Below, one piece after another: positions 37,701 to 52,000 of a stretch of DNA of 64,000 nt. This DNA comes from Eledone cirrhosa (taxonomy: Eukaryota): the NCBI GenBank assembly GCA_964016885.1, contig OZ024744.1, forward strand, positions 18,414,001 through 18,478,000, read 5' to 3'. The translations under genes and the position numbers were made by a program. The notes under the pieces are model-generated. The model saw only the letters and a list, made by a program, of their open reading frames with translations. It did no database searches and was not told the origin of the DNA. Position 1 is the first letter of the stretch, and each line of letters starts with the position of its first letter.

Positions 37701-40314
37701 GTCTGTGTCACTGTGTGTGTTTCTGTATGTCTGTGTCACTGTGTATGTCACTGTGTGTTTCTGTATGTTTGGTCACTGTGTATGTCACTGTGTGTTTCTG
37801 TATATCTGTGTCTCTGTGTATGTTACTGTATCTTTGTGTATGTCTGTGTCACTGTGTATGTCACTGTATCTTTGTGTATGTCTGTGTCACGGTGTATATC
37901 ACTGTATGTTTGTGTATGTCTGTGTCACTCTATATGTCACTGTATGTTTCTGTATGTATGTGTCACTGTGTATGTCAATGTGTGTTTCTGTATCTCTGTG
38001 TCACGGTGTATGTCACTGTATGTTTGCGTATGTCTGTGTGACTGTGTATGTCACTGTATGTTTCTGAATGTCTGTATAACTGTGTATGTCACTGTGTGTT
38101 TCTGTGTGTCTGTGTCACGGTGTATGTCACTGTATGTTTGTGTGTGTCTGTGTCATTGTGTATGTCACTGTGTGTTTCTGTATGTCGGTGTCACCGTGTA
38201 TGTCACTGTATCTTTGTGTATGCCTGTGTCACTGTGTATGTCACTGTGTGTTTCTGTATGTCTGTGTCACTGTGTATGTCACTGTGTGTTTCTGTATGTT
38301 TGTGTCACTGTGTATGTCACTAAATGTTTGTGTGTGTCTGTGTCCCTGTCTATGTCACTGTGTGTTTGCGTGTGTCTTTGTCACTGTGTATGTCACTGTG
38401 TGTTTCTGCATGTCTGTGTGACTGTGTATGTCACTGTGTGTTTGTGTATGTCTGTGTCACTGTATGTTTCTGTATGTCTGTTTCACTGTGTATGTCACTG
38501 TGTGTTTCTGTATGTATGTGTCACCGTGTATGTCACTGTATCTTTGTGTATGCCTTTGTCACTGTGTATGTCACTGTGTGTTTCTGTATGTTTGTGTCAC
38601 TGTGTATGTCACTAAATGTTTGTGTGTGTCTGTGTCACTGTGTATGTCACTGTGTGTTTGCGTGTGTCTGTGTCACTGTGTATGTCACTGTGTGTTTCTG
38701 TATGTCTGTGTGACTGTGTATGTCACTCTGTGTTTGTGTATGTCTGTGTCACTGTGTGTGTTTCTGTATGTCTGTGTCACTGTGTATGTCATTGTATTTT
38801 TGTGTTTGTATGTGTCACTGTGTATGTCACTGTGTGTTTGTGTATACCTGTGTCACTGTGTATGTTACTGTGAGTTTCTGTATGTCTGTGTCACTGTGTA
38901 CGTCACTGTATATTTCTGTATGTCTGTGTCAGTGTGTATGTCACTGGGTGATTCTGTATGTCTGTGTCACACTGTATATCACTGTATATTTGTGTAGGTC
39001 TGTGTCACTGTATATGTCACTGTATCTTTGTGTATGTCTACGTCACTGTGTATGTCACTGTGTGTTTCTGTATGTCTGTGTCTTTGTGTATGTTACTGTA
39101 CCTTTGTGTATGTCTGTGTCACTGTGTATGTCACTGTGTGTTTCTGTATGTCTGTGTCACTGTGTATATCACTGTGTGTTTCTGTATATCTGTGTCTCTG
39201 TGTATGTCACTGTATCTTTGTGTATGTCTGTGTCACTGTGTATGTCACTGTATCTTTGTGTATGTCGGTGTCACCGTGTATGTCACTGTAACGTTGTGTA
39301 TCTCTGTGTCACTGTGTATGTCACTGTATCTTTGTGTATGTCTGTGTCACTGTGCATGTCACTGTGTGTTTCTGTATGTATGTGTCACGGTGTATGTCAC
39401 TGTATGTTTGTGTATGTCTGTGTCACTGTGTATGTCACTGTATCTTTGTGTATGTCTGTGTCACTGTGTATGTTACTGTGTGTTTCTGTATGTCTGTGTC
39501 ACTGTGTATGTCTTTGTGTCTCTCTGTATGTCTGTGTCACTGTGTATATCACTGTATGTTTGTATGTGTCTGTGTCACTGTGTATGTCACTGTATGTCTC
39601 TGTATGTCTGTGTCACTGTCTATGTCACTGTATCTTTGTGTATGTCTGTGTCACTGTGTATGTCACTGTGTGTTTATGTATTTCTGTGTCTCTGTATATG
39701 TCACTGTATCTTTGTGTATGTCTGCGTCACTGTGTATGTCACTGTATGTTTGTGTATGTCTGCGTCACTGTATGTTTCTGTATGTGTGTGTCACTGTGTA
39801 TATCACTGTATGTTTGTGTATGCCTGTGTCACGTTGTATGTCACTGTATGTTTGTGTGTGTCTGTGTCACTGTGTATGTCACTGTGTGTTTGTGTATGTC
39901 TGTGTCACTGTATGTTTCTGTATGTATGTGTCACTGTGTATGTCACTGTGTGTTTCTGTATGTCTGTGTCACCGTGTATGTCACTGTATCTTTGTGTATG
40001 CCTGTGTCACTGTGTATGTCACTGTGTGATTCTGTATGTCTGTGTCACTGTGTATGTCACTGTGTGTTTCTGTATGTTTGTGTCACTGTCTATGTCACTA
40101 AATGTTTGTGTGTGTCTGTGTCTCTATGTATGTCACTGTGTATTTGCGTGTGTCTGTGTCACTGTGTATGTCACTGTGTGTTTCTGTATGTCTGTGTGAC
40201 TCTGTATGTCACTGTTTGTTTGTGTATGTCTGTGTCACTGTGTATGTCATTGCATCTTTGTATATGTCTGTGTCACTCTGCATGTCACTGTGTGTTTCTG
40301 TATGTCTGTGTCAC
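34747..40314 (+). repeat. 5,561-bp tandem duplication, copy 2 (including 7-bp junction homology GTGTCAC)
   Basis: Translations look identical to copy 1. The match ends at 40314 (34754 C versus 40315 T). Confidence 0.95.
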
Positions 40315-43209
40315 TGTGTATGTCACTGTATCTTTGTGTATGCCTGTGTCACTCTGTATGTCACTGTGTGTTTCTGTATGTCTGTGTCACTATGTATGCC
40401 ACTGTATGTTTGTGTTGTCTGTGTCATTGTGTATGTCACTGGGTGTTTCTGTATGACTGTGTAACTGTGTATGACACTGTGTCTTTCTGTATGTATGTAT
40501 CACTGTGTATGTCACTGTGTGTATCTGTATGTCTGTGTCACTGTGTAAGTCATTGTATCTTTGTGTATGTCTGTGGCACTCTGTATGTCGTTGTGTGTTT
40601 CTGTATGTATGTGTCTCTGTGTATGTCACTGTATATTTGTGTATGTATGTGTCACTGTGTATGTCACTGTGAGTTTCTCTATGTGTGTGTCACTGTGTAT
40701 GTCACTGTATGTCTCTGTATGTCTGTGTCACTGTCTATGTCACTGTATCTTTGTGTATGTTTGTGTCCCTGTGTATGTCACTGTGTGTTTCTGTATGTCT
40801 GTGTCACTGTGTATGTCACAGTGTGTTTCTGTATATATGTGTCTCTATGTATGTCACTGTATCTTTGTGTATGTCTGTGTCACTGTGTGTTTCTGTATGT
40901 CTGTGTCACTGAGTATGTCACTGTATGTTTGTGTGTGTCTGTGTCACTGTGTATGTCACTGTGTGTTTGTGTATGTCTGTGTCACTGTATGTTTCTGTAT
41001 GTCTGTGTCACTGTGTATGTCACTGTTTGTTTCTGTATGTATGTGTCACTGTGTATGTCACCGTATGTGTGTGTATGTCTGTGTCACCGTGTATGTCACT
41101 GTATCTTTGTGTATGCCTGTGTCACTGTGTATGTCACTGTGTGATTCTGTATGTCTGTGTCACTGTGTATGTCAATGTGTGTTTCTGTATGTTTGTGTCA
41201 CTGTGTATGTCACTAAATGTTTGTGTGTGTCTGTGTCTCTATGTATGTCACTGTGTATTTGCGTGTGTCTGTGTCACTGTGTATGTCACTGTGTGTTTCT
41301 GTATGTCTGTGTGACTGTGTATGTCACTGTTTGTTTGTGTATGTCTGTGTCACTGTGTGTGTTTCTGTATGTCTGTGTCACTGTGTATGTCATTGCATCT
41401 TTGTGTATGTCTGTGTCATTGTGTATGTCACTGTGTGTTTCTGTATGTTTGTGTCACTGTGTATGTCACTGTGTGTTTCTGTATATCTGTGTCTCTGTGT
41501 ATGTTACTGTATCTTTGTGTATGTCTGTGTTACTGTGTATGTCACTGTATCTTTGTGTATGTCTATGTCACGGTGTATATCACTGTATGTTTGTGTATGT
41601 CTGTGTCACTCTATATGTCACTGTATGTTTCTGTATGTATGTGTCACTGTGTATGTCAATGTGTGTTTCTGTATCTCTGTGTCACGGTGTATGTCACTGT
41701 ATGTTTGTGTATGTCTGTGTGAATGTGTATGTCACTGTATGTTAATGTATGTCTGTGTCACTGTGTATGTCACTGTGTGTTTCTGTATGTCTGTGTCACT
41801 GTGTATGTCACTGTATATTTGTGTATGTCTGTGTCACTGTGTATGTCACTGTGTGTTTCTGTATGTCTGTGTCACTGTCTATGTCACTGTATGTTTCTGA
41901 ATGTCTGTGTAACTGTGTATGTCACTGTGTGTTTCTGTGTGTCTGTGTCACGGTGTATGTCACTGTATGTTTGTGTGTGTCTGTGTCATTGTGTATGTCA
42001 CTGTGTGTTTCTGTATGTCGGTGTCACCGTGTATGTCACTGTATCTTTGTGTATGCCTGTGTCACTGTGTATGTCACTGTGTGTTTCTGTATGTCTGTGT
42101 CACTGTGTATGTCACTCTGTGTTTCTGTATGTTTGTGTCACTGTGTATGTCACTAAATGTTTGTGTGTGTCTGTGTCTCTGTCTATGTCACTGTGTGTTT
42201 GCGTGTGTCTTTGTCACTGTGTATGTCACTGTGTGTTTCTGCATGCCTGTGTGACTGTGTATGTCACTGTGTGTTGTTTGTGTATGTCTGTGTCACTGTA
42301 TGTTTCTGTATGTCTGTTTCACCGTGTATGTCACTGTGTGTTTCTGTATGTATGTGTCACCGTGTATGTCACTGTATCTTTGTGTATGCCTTTGTCACTG
42401 TGTATGTCACTGTTTGTTTCTGTATGTTTGTGTCACTGTGTATGTCACTAAATGTTTGTGTGTGTCTGTGTCACTGTGTATGTCACTGTGTGTTTGCGTG
42501 TGTCTGTGTCACTGTGTATGTCACTGTGTGTTTCTGTATGTCTGTGTCACTGTGTATGTCACTCTGTGTTTGTGTATGTCTGTGTCACTGTGTGTGTTTC
42601 TGTATGTCTGTGTCACTGTGGATGTCATTGTATTTTTGTGTTTGTATGTGTCACTGTGTATGTCACTGTGTGTTTGTGTATACCTGTGTCACTGTGTATG
42701 TTACTGTGAGTTTCTGTATGTCTATGTCACTGTGTACGTCACTGTATATTTCTGTATGTCTGTGTCAGTGTGTATGTCACTGGGTGATTCTGTATGTCTG
42801 TGTCACACTGTATATCACTGTATCTTTGTGTATGACTACGTCACTGTGTGTGTCACTGTGTGTTTCTGTATGTCTGTGTCTTTGTGTATGTTACTGTACC
42901 TTTGTGTATGTCTGTGTCACTGTGTATGTCACTGTGTGTTTCTGTATGTCTGTGTCACTGTGTATGTCACTGTGTGTTTCTGTATATCTGTGTCTCTGTG
43001 TATGTCACTGTATCTTTGTGTATGTCTGTGTCACTGTGTATGTCACTGTATCTTTGTGTATGTCGGTGTCACCGTGTATGTCATTGTAACGTTGTGTATC
43101 TCTGTGTCACTGTGTATGTCACTGTATCTTTGTGTACGTCTGTGTCACGGTGCATGTCACTGTGTGTTTCTGTATGTATGTGTCACGGTGTATGTCACTG
43201 TATGTTTGT

Positions 43210-43453
43210 GTATGTCTGTGTCACTGTGTATGTCACTGTATCTTTGTGTATGTCTGTGTCACTGTGTATGTTACTGTGTGTTTCTGTATGTCTGTGTCAC
43301 TGTGTTTGCGTGTGTCTGTGTCACTGTGTGTTTCTGTATGTCTGTGTCACTGTGTATGTCACTGTATCTTTGTGTATGTCTGTGTCACTGTGTATGTTAC
43401 TGTGTGTTTCTGTATGTCTGTGTCACTGTGTTTGCGTGTGTCTGTGTCACTGT
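43210..43453 (+). repeat. Local 126-bp tandem duplication containing a 24-bp monomer
   Basis: TTACTG at 43271 and 43397, each followed by CACTGTGTTTGCGTGTGTCTGTGT. Confidence 0.8.
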
Positions 43454-46400
43454 ATGTCTCTGTATGTCTGTGTCACTGTGTATGTCACTGTATGTTTGTG
43501 TATGTCTGCGTCACTGTATGTTTCTGTATGTGTGTGTCACTGTGTATATCACTGTATGTTTGTGTATGCCTGTGTCACGGTGTATGTCACTGTATGTTTG
43601 TGTGTGTCTGTGTCACTGTGTATGTCACTGTGTGTTTGTGTATGTCTGTGTCACTGTATGTTTCTGTATGTCTGTGTCACTGTGTATGTCACTGTGTGTT
43701 TATGTATGTCTGTGTCACCGTGTATGTCACTGTATCTTTGTGTATGCCTGTGTCACTGTGTATGTCACTGTGTGATTCTGTATGTCTGTGTCACTGTGTA
43801 TGTCACTGTGTGTTTCTGTATGTTTGTGTCACTGTGTATGTCACTAGATGTTTGTGTGTGTCTGTGTCTCTATGTATGTCACTGTGTATTTGCGTGTGTC
43901 TGTGTCACTGTGTATGTCACTGTGTGTTTCTGTATGTCTGTGTGACTCTGTATGTCACTGTTTGTTTGTGTATGTCTGTGTCACTGTGTGTGTTTCTGTA
44001 TGTCTGTGTCACTGTGTATGTCATTGCATCTTTGTATATGTCTGTGTCACTCTGCATGTCACTGTGTGTTTCTGTATGTCTGTGTCACTGTGTATGTCAC
44101 TGTATATTTCTGTATGTCTGTTTCACTGTGTATATCACTGTGTGTTTCTGTATGTCTGTGTCACTGTATATGTCACTGTATCTTTGTGTATGCCTGTGTC
44201 ACTCTGTATGTCACTGTGTGTTTCTGTATGTCTGTGTCACTATGTATGCCACTGTATGTTTGTGTTGTCTGTGTCATTGTGTATGTCACTGGGTGTTTCT
44301 GTATGAATGTGTCACTGTGTATGACACTGTGTCTTTCTGTATGTATGTATCACTGTGTATGTCACTGTGTGTTTCTGTATGTATGTGTCTCTGTGTATGT
44401 CACTGTATATTTGTGTATGTATGTGTCACTGTGTATGTCACTGTGAGTTTCTCTATGTCTGTGTCACTGTGTATGTCACTGTATGTCTCTGTATGTCTGT
44501 GTCACTGTCTATGTCACTGTATCTTTGTGTATGTCTGTGTCACTGTGTATGTCACTGTGTGTTTCTGTATGTCTGTGTCACTGTGTATGTCACAGTGTGT
44601 TTCTGTATATATGTGTCTCTATGTATGTCATGTATCTTTGTGTATGTCTGTGTCACTGAGTATGTCACTGTATGTTTGTGTGTGTCTGTGTCACTGTGTA
44701 TGTCACTGTGTGTTTGTGTATGTCTGTGTCACTGTATGTTTCTGTATGTCTGTGTCACTGTGTACGTCACTGTTTGTTTCTGTATGTATGTGTCACCGTG
44801 TATGTCACCGTATGTGTGTGTATGTCTGTGTCACGGTGTATGTCACTGTATCTTTGTGTATGCCTGTGTCACTGTGTATGTCACTGTGTGTTTCTGTATG
44901 TCTGTGTCACTGTGTATGTCACTGTATGTTTGTGTGTGTCTGTGTCACTGTGTATGTCAATGTCTCTGTGTGTTTCTGTATGTCTGTGTCTCTGTGTATG
45001 TCACTGTATCTTTGTGTATGTATGTGTCACTGTGTATGTCACTGTGTGTTTCTGTATGTCGGTGTCACTGTGTATATCACTGTGTGTTTCTGTATATCTG
45101 TGTCTTTGTGTATGTCACTGTATCTTTGTGTATGTCTGGGTCACTGTGTATGTCACTGCATATTTGTGTATGTCTATGTCACCGTGTATATCAGTGTATG
45201 TTTGTGTATGTCTGTGTCTCTGTGTATGTCACTGTATCTTTCTGTATGTCTGTGTCACTGTGTATATCAATGTGTGTTTCTGTATCTCTGTGTCACGGTG
45301 TATGTCACTGCATGTTTGTGTATGTCTGTGTGACTGTGTATGTCACTGTGTGTTTTTGTATGGCTGTGTCACTGTGTATATCACTGTATGTTTGTGTATG
45401 CCTGTGTCACGGTGTATGTCACTGTGTGTTTCTGTATGTCTGTGTCACTGTGTAAGTCATTTTATCTTTGTGTATGTCTGTGGCACACTGTATGTCGTTG
45501 TGTGTTTCTGTATGTATGTGTCTCTGTGTATGTCACTGTATATTTGTGTATGTATGTGTCACTGTGTATGTCACTGTGAGTTTCTGTATGTCTGTGTCAC
45601 TGTGTATGTCACTGTATGTCTCTGTATGTCTGTGTCACTGTCTATGTCACTGTATCTTTGTGTATGTCTGTGTCACTGTGTATGTCACTGTGTGTTTATG
45701 TATTTCTGTGTCTCTGTATACGTCACTGTATCTTTGTGTATGACTGCGTCACTGTGTATGTCACTGTATGTTTGTGTATGTCTGTGTCACTGTGTGTTTC
45801 TGTATGTGTGTGTCACTGTGTATATCACTGTGTGTTTGTGTATGCCTGTGTCACGGTGTATGTCACTGTATGTTTGTGTGTGTCTGTGTCACTGTGTATG
45901 TCACTGTGTGTTTGTGTATGTCTGTGTCACTGTATGTTTCTGTATGTATGTGTCACTGTGTGTTTCTGTATGTCTGTGTCACCGTGTATGTCACTGTATC
46001 TTTGTGTATGCCTGTGTCACTGTGTATGTCACTGTGTGATTCTGTATGTCTGTGTCACTGTGTATGTCACTGTGTGTTTCTGTATGTTTGTGTCACTGTG
46101 TATGTCACTAAATGTTTGTGTGTGTCTGTGTCTCTATGTATGTCACTGTGTATTTGCGTGTGTCTCTGTCACTGTGTATGTCACTGTGTGTTTCTGTATG
46201 TCTGTGTGACTGTGTATGTCACTGTTTGTTTGTGTATGTCTGTGTCACTGTGTGTGTTTCTGTATGTCTGTGTCACTGTGTATGTCATTGCATCTTTGTG
46301 TATGTCTGTGTCATTGTGTATGTCACTGTGTGTTTCTGTATGTTTGTGTCACTGTGTATGTCACTGTGTGTTTCTGTATATCTGTGTCTCTGTGTATGTT

Positions 46401-49050
46401 ACTGTATCTTTGTGTATGTCTGTGTCACTGTGTATGTCACTGTATCTTTGTGTATGTCTGTGTCACGGTGTATATCACTGTATGTTTGTGTATGTCTGTG
46501 TACACTCTATGTTTCTGTATGTATGTGTCACTGTGTATGTCAATGTCTGTTTCTGTATCTCTGTGTCACGGTGTATGTCACTGTATGTTTGTGTATGTCT
46601 GTGTGACTGTGTATGTCACTGTATGTTACTGTATGTCTGTGTCACTGTGTATGTCACTGTGTGTTTCTGTATGTCTGTGTCACTGTGTATGTCACTGTAT
46701 ATTTGTGTATGTCTGTGTCACGGTGTATGTCACTGTGTGTTTCTGTATGTCTGTGTCACTGTCTATGTCACTGTATGTTTCTGAATGTCTGTGTAACTGT
46801 GTATGTCACTGTGTGTTTCTGTGTGTTTGTGTCACAGAGTATGTCACTGTATGTTTGTGTGTGTCTGTGTCATTGTGTATGTCACTGTGTGTTTCTGTAT
46901 GTCGGTGTCACCGTGTATGTCACTGTATCTTTGTGTATGCCTGTGTCACTGTGTATGTCACTGTGTGTTTCTGTATGTCTGTGTCACTGTGTATGTCACT
47001 GTGTGTTTCTGTATGTTTGTGTCACTGTGTATGTCACTAAATGTTTGTGTGTGTCTGTGTCTCTGTCTATGTCACTGTGTGTTTGCGTGTGTCTTTGTCA
47101 CTGTGTATGTCACTGTGTGTTTCTGTATGTCTGTGTGACTGTGTGTGTCACTGTGTGTTTGTGTATGTCTGTGTCACTGTATGTTTCTGTATGTCTGTTT
47201 CACTGTGTATGTCACTGTGTGTTTCTGTATGTATGTGTCACCGTGTATGTCACTGTATCTTTGTGTATGCCTTTGTCACTGTGTATGTCACTGTGTGTTT
47301 CTGTATGTCTGTGTCACTGTCTATGTCACTGTGTGTTTCTGTATGTTTGTGTCACTGTGTATGTCACTAAATGTTTGTGTGTGTCTGTGTCTATGTGTAT
47401 GTCACTGTGTGTTTGCGTGTGTCTGTGTCACTGTGTATGTCACTGTGTGTTTCTGTATGTCTGTGTGACTGTGTATGTCACTCTGTGTTTGTGCATGTCT
47501 GTGTCACTGTGTGTGTTTCTGTATGTCTGTGTCACTGTGTATGTCATTGTATCTTTGTGTCTGTCTGTGTCACTGTGTATGTCACTGTATGTTTCTGTAA
47601 GGTTGTGTCACTGTGTATGTCACTGTATGTTCCTGTATGTCTGTTTCACTGTGTATGTCACTGTGTCTTTATGTATGTCTGTGTCACTCTGTATGTCACT
47701 GTATATTTCTGTATGTCTGTGTCACTGTGTATGTCACTGTATGTTTCCGTATGTCTGTGTCACTGTGTACGTCACTGTATGTTTCTGTATGTCTGTGTGA
47801 CTGTGTATGTCACTGTATGTTTCTGTATGTCTGTTTCACTGTGTATGTCACTGTGTGTTTCTGTATGTCTGTGTCACTATGTATGTCACTGTATATTTCT
47901 GTATGTCTGTGTCACTGTGTATGTCACTGTATGTTTCTGTATGTCTGTGTCACTGTATATGTCACTGTATCTTTGTGTATGCCTGTGTCACTGTTTATGT
48001 CACTCTATGTTTCTGTATGTCTGTTTCACTGTGTATGTCACTGTATATTTGTGTATGTCTGTGTCACTCTGTATGTCACTGTGTGTTTCTGTATGTCTGT
48101 GTCACTATGTATGCCACTGTATGTTTGTGTTATCTGTGTCATTGTGTATGTCTCTGGGTGTTTCTGTATGTCTGTGTCACTGTGTATGACACTGTGTGGT
48201 TCTGTATGTATGTATCACTCTGTATGTCACTGTGTGTTTCTGTATGTCTGTGTCACTATGTAAGTCATTGTATCTTTGTGTATGTCTGTGGCACTCTGTA
48301 TGTTGTTGTGTGTTTCTGTATGTATGTGTCTCTGTGTATGTCACTGTATCTTTGTGTATGTATGTGTCACTGTGTATGTTACTGTGAGTTTATGTATGTC
48401 TGTGTCACTGTGTATGTCACTGTATGTCTATGTATGTCTGTGTCACTGTCTATGTCACTGTATCTTTGTGTATGTCTGTATCACTGTGTATGTCACTGTG
48501 TGTTTATGTATGTCTGTGTCTCTGTGTATGTCACTGTATCTTTGCGTATGTCTGCGTCACTGTGTATGTCACTGTGTGTTTCTGTATGTCTGTGTCACTG
48601 TGTATGTCACAGTGTGTTTCTGTATAACTGTATCTCTGTGTATGTCACTGTATCTTTGTGTATGTCTGTGTCACTGTGTATGTCACTGTATGTTTCTGTA
48701 TGTATGTTTCACTGTGTATGTCACTAAATGTTTGTGTGTGTCTGTGTCTCTGTGTATGTCACTGTGTGTTTGCGTGTGTCTGTGTCACTGTGTGTGTTTC
48801 TGTATGTCTGTGTCACTGTGTATGTCATTGTATCTTTGTGTATGTATGTGTCACTCTGTATGTCACTGTGTGTTTCTGCATGTCTGTGTCACTGTGTATG
48901 TCACTGTGTGTTCCTGTATGTCTGTTTCACTGTGTATATCACTGTGTGTTTCTGTATGTCTGTGTCACTGTATATGTCACTGTATCTTTGTGTATGCCTG
49001 TGTCACTGTCTATGTCACTGTATGTTTCTGTATGTCTGTTTCACTGTGTA

Positions 49051-49099
49051 TGTCACTGTATATTTGTGTATGTCACTGTATATTTGTGTATGTCACTGT
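49051..49099 (+). repeat. 20-bp micro-tandem (TGTCACTGTATATTTGTGTA) x about 2.5
   Basis: Read directly at 49051, 49071 and 49091. Confidence 0.85.
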
Positions 49100-52000
49100 G
49101 TGTTTCTGTATGTCTGTGTCACTATGTATGCCACTGTATGTTTGTGTTGTCTGTGTCATTGTGTATGACACTGTGTCTTTCTGTATGTATGTATCACTGT
49201 GTATGTCACTGTGTGTATCTGTATGTCTGTGTCACTGTGTATGTCACTGTATGTCTCTGTATCTCTGTGTCACTGTCTATGTCACTGTATCTTTGTGTAT
49301 GTCTGTGTCACTATGTATGTCACTGTGTTTTTATGTATTTCTGTGTCTCTGTGTATGCCACTGAATCTTTGTGTATGTCTGCGTCACTGTGTATGTCACT
49401 GTGTGTTACTGTATGTCTGTGTCACTGTGTATGTCACAGTGTGTTTCTGTATATATGTGTCTCTGTGTATGTCACTGTATCTTTGTGTATGTCTGTGTCA
49501 CTGTGTGTTTCTGTATGTCTGTGTCACTGTGTATGTCACTGTATGTTTGTGTGTGTCTGTGTCACTGTCTATGTCACTGTGTGTTTGTGTATGTCTGTGT
49601 CACTGTATGCTTCTGTATGTCTGTGTCACTGTGTATGTCGCTGTTTGTTTCTGTATGTATGTGTCACTGTGTATGTCACCGTATGTGTGTGTATGTCTGT
49701 GTCACGGTGTATGTCACTGTATCTTTGTGTATGCCTGTGTCACTGTGTATGTCACTGTGTGTTTCTCTATGTCTGTGTCACTGTGTATGTCACTGTATGT
49801 TTGTGTGTGTCTGTGTCTCTGTGTATGTCACTGTGTGTTTCTGTATGTCTGTGTGACTGTGTATGTCACTGTTTGTTTGTGTATGTCTGTGTCACTGTGT
49901 GTGTTTCTGTATGTCTGTGTCACTGTGTATGTCATTGCATCTTTGTGTATGTCTGTGTCACTCTGTATGTCACTGTGTGTTTCTGCATGTCTGTGTCACT
50001 GTGTATGTCACTGTGTGTTCCTGTATGTCTGTGTCACTGTGTATGTCACTGTATGTTTCTGTATGTCTGTTTCACTGTGTATATCACTGTGTGTTTCTGT
50101 ATGTCTGTGTCACTGTATATGTCACTGTATCTTTGTGTATGCCTGTGTCACTGTCTATGTCACTGTATGTTTCTGTATGTCTGTTTCACTGTGTATGTCA
50201 CTGTATATTTGTGTATGTCTGTGTCACTCTGTATGTCACTGTGTGTTTCTGTATGTCTGTGTCACTATGTATGCCACTGTATGTTTGTGTTGTCTGTGTC
50301 ATTGTGTATGTCACTGTGTGTATCTGTATGTCTGTGTCACTGTGTAAGTCATTGTATCTTTGTGTATGTCTGTGGCACTCTGTATGTCGTTGTGTGTTTC
50401 TGTATGTATGTGTCTCTGTGTATGTCACTGTATATTTGTGTATGTATGTGTCACTGTGTATGTCACTGTGAGTTTCTCTATGTGTGTGTCACTGTGTATG
50501 TCACTGTATGTCTCTGTATGTCTGTGTCACTGTCTATGTCACTGTATCTTTGTGTATGTTGGTGTCCCTGTGTATGTCACTGTGTGTTTATGTATTTCTG
50601 TGTCTCTGTGTATGCCACTGTATCTTTGTGTATGTCTGCGTCACTGTGTATGTCACTGTGTGTTTCTGTATGTCTGTGCCACTGTGTATGTCACGGTGTG
50701 TTTCTGTATATATGTGTCTCTGTGTATGTCACTGTATCTTTGTGTATGTCTGTGTCACTGTGTGTTTCTGTATGTCTGTGTCACTGTGTATGTCACTGTA
50801 TGTTTGTGTGTGTCTGTGTCACTGTGTATGTCACTGTGTGTTTGTGTATGTCTGTGTCACTGTATGTTTCTGTATGTATGTGTCACTGTGTATGTCACTG
50901 TGTGTTTCTGTATGTCTGTGTCACTGTGTATGTCACTGTATGTTTGTGTGTGTCTGTGTCACTGTGTATGTCAATGCCTCTGTGTGTTTCTATATGTCTG
51001 TGTCTCTGTGTATGTCACTGTATCTGTGTGTATGTATGTGTCACTGTGTATGTCACTGTGTGTTTCTGTATGTCTGTGTCACTGTGTATATCACTGTGTG
51101 TTTCTGTATATCTGTGTCTCTGTGTATGTCACTGTATCTTTGTGTATGTCTGGGTCACTGTGTATGTCATTGTATATTTGTGTATGTCTGTGTCACGGTG
51201 TATATCACTGTATGTTTGTGTATGTCTGTGTCACTGTGTATGTCCCTGTATGTTTCTGTATGTCTGTGTCACTGTGTATATCAATGTGTGTTTCTGTATC
51301 TCTGTGTCACGGTGTATGTCACTGCATGTTTGTGTATGTCTGTGTGACTGTGAATGTCACTGTGTGTTTCTGTATGGCTGTGTCACTGTGTATGTCACTG
51401 TATCTTTGTGTATGTCTGTGTCACTGTGTATGTCACAGTGTGTTTCTATATGTCTGTGTCACTGTCTATGTCACTGTATGTTTCTGAATGTCTGTGTCAC
51501 TGTGTATGTCACTGTGTGTTTCTGTATGTCTGTGTCACGGTGTATGTCACTGTATGTTTGTGTGTGACTGTGTCACTGTGTATGTCACTCTGTGTTTGTG
51601 TATGTCTGTGTCACTGTATGTTTCTGTATGTCTGTGTCACTGTGTATGTCACTGTGTGTTTATGTATGTCTGTGTCACCGTGTATGTCATTGTATCTTTG
51701 TGTCTGTCTGTGTCACTGTGTATGTCACTGTATGTTTCTGTAAGTTTGTGTCACTGTGTATGTCACTGTGTGTTTCTGTATGTCTGTGTCTCTGTGTATG
51801 TCACTGTATGTTTCTGTATGTCTGTTTCACTGTGTATGTCACTGTGTCTTTATGTATATCTGTGTCACTCTGTATGTCACTGTATATTTCTGTATGTCTG
51901 TGTCACTGTGTATGTCACTGTATGTTTCTGTATGTCTGTGTCACTGTGTATGTCACTGTATGTTTCTGTATGTCTGTGTCACTATGTATGTCACTGTATG

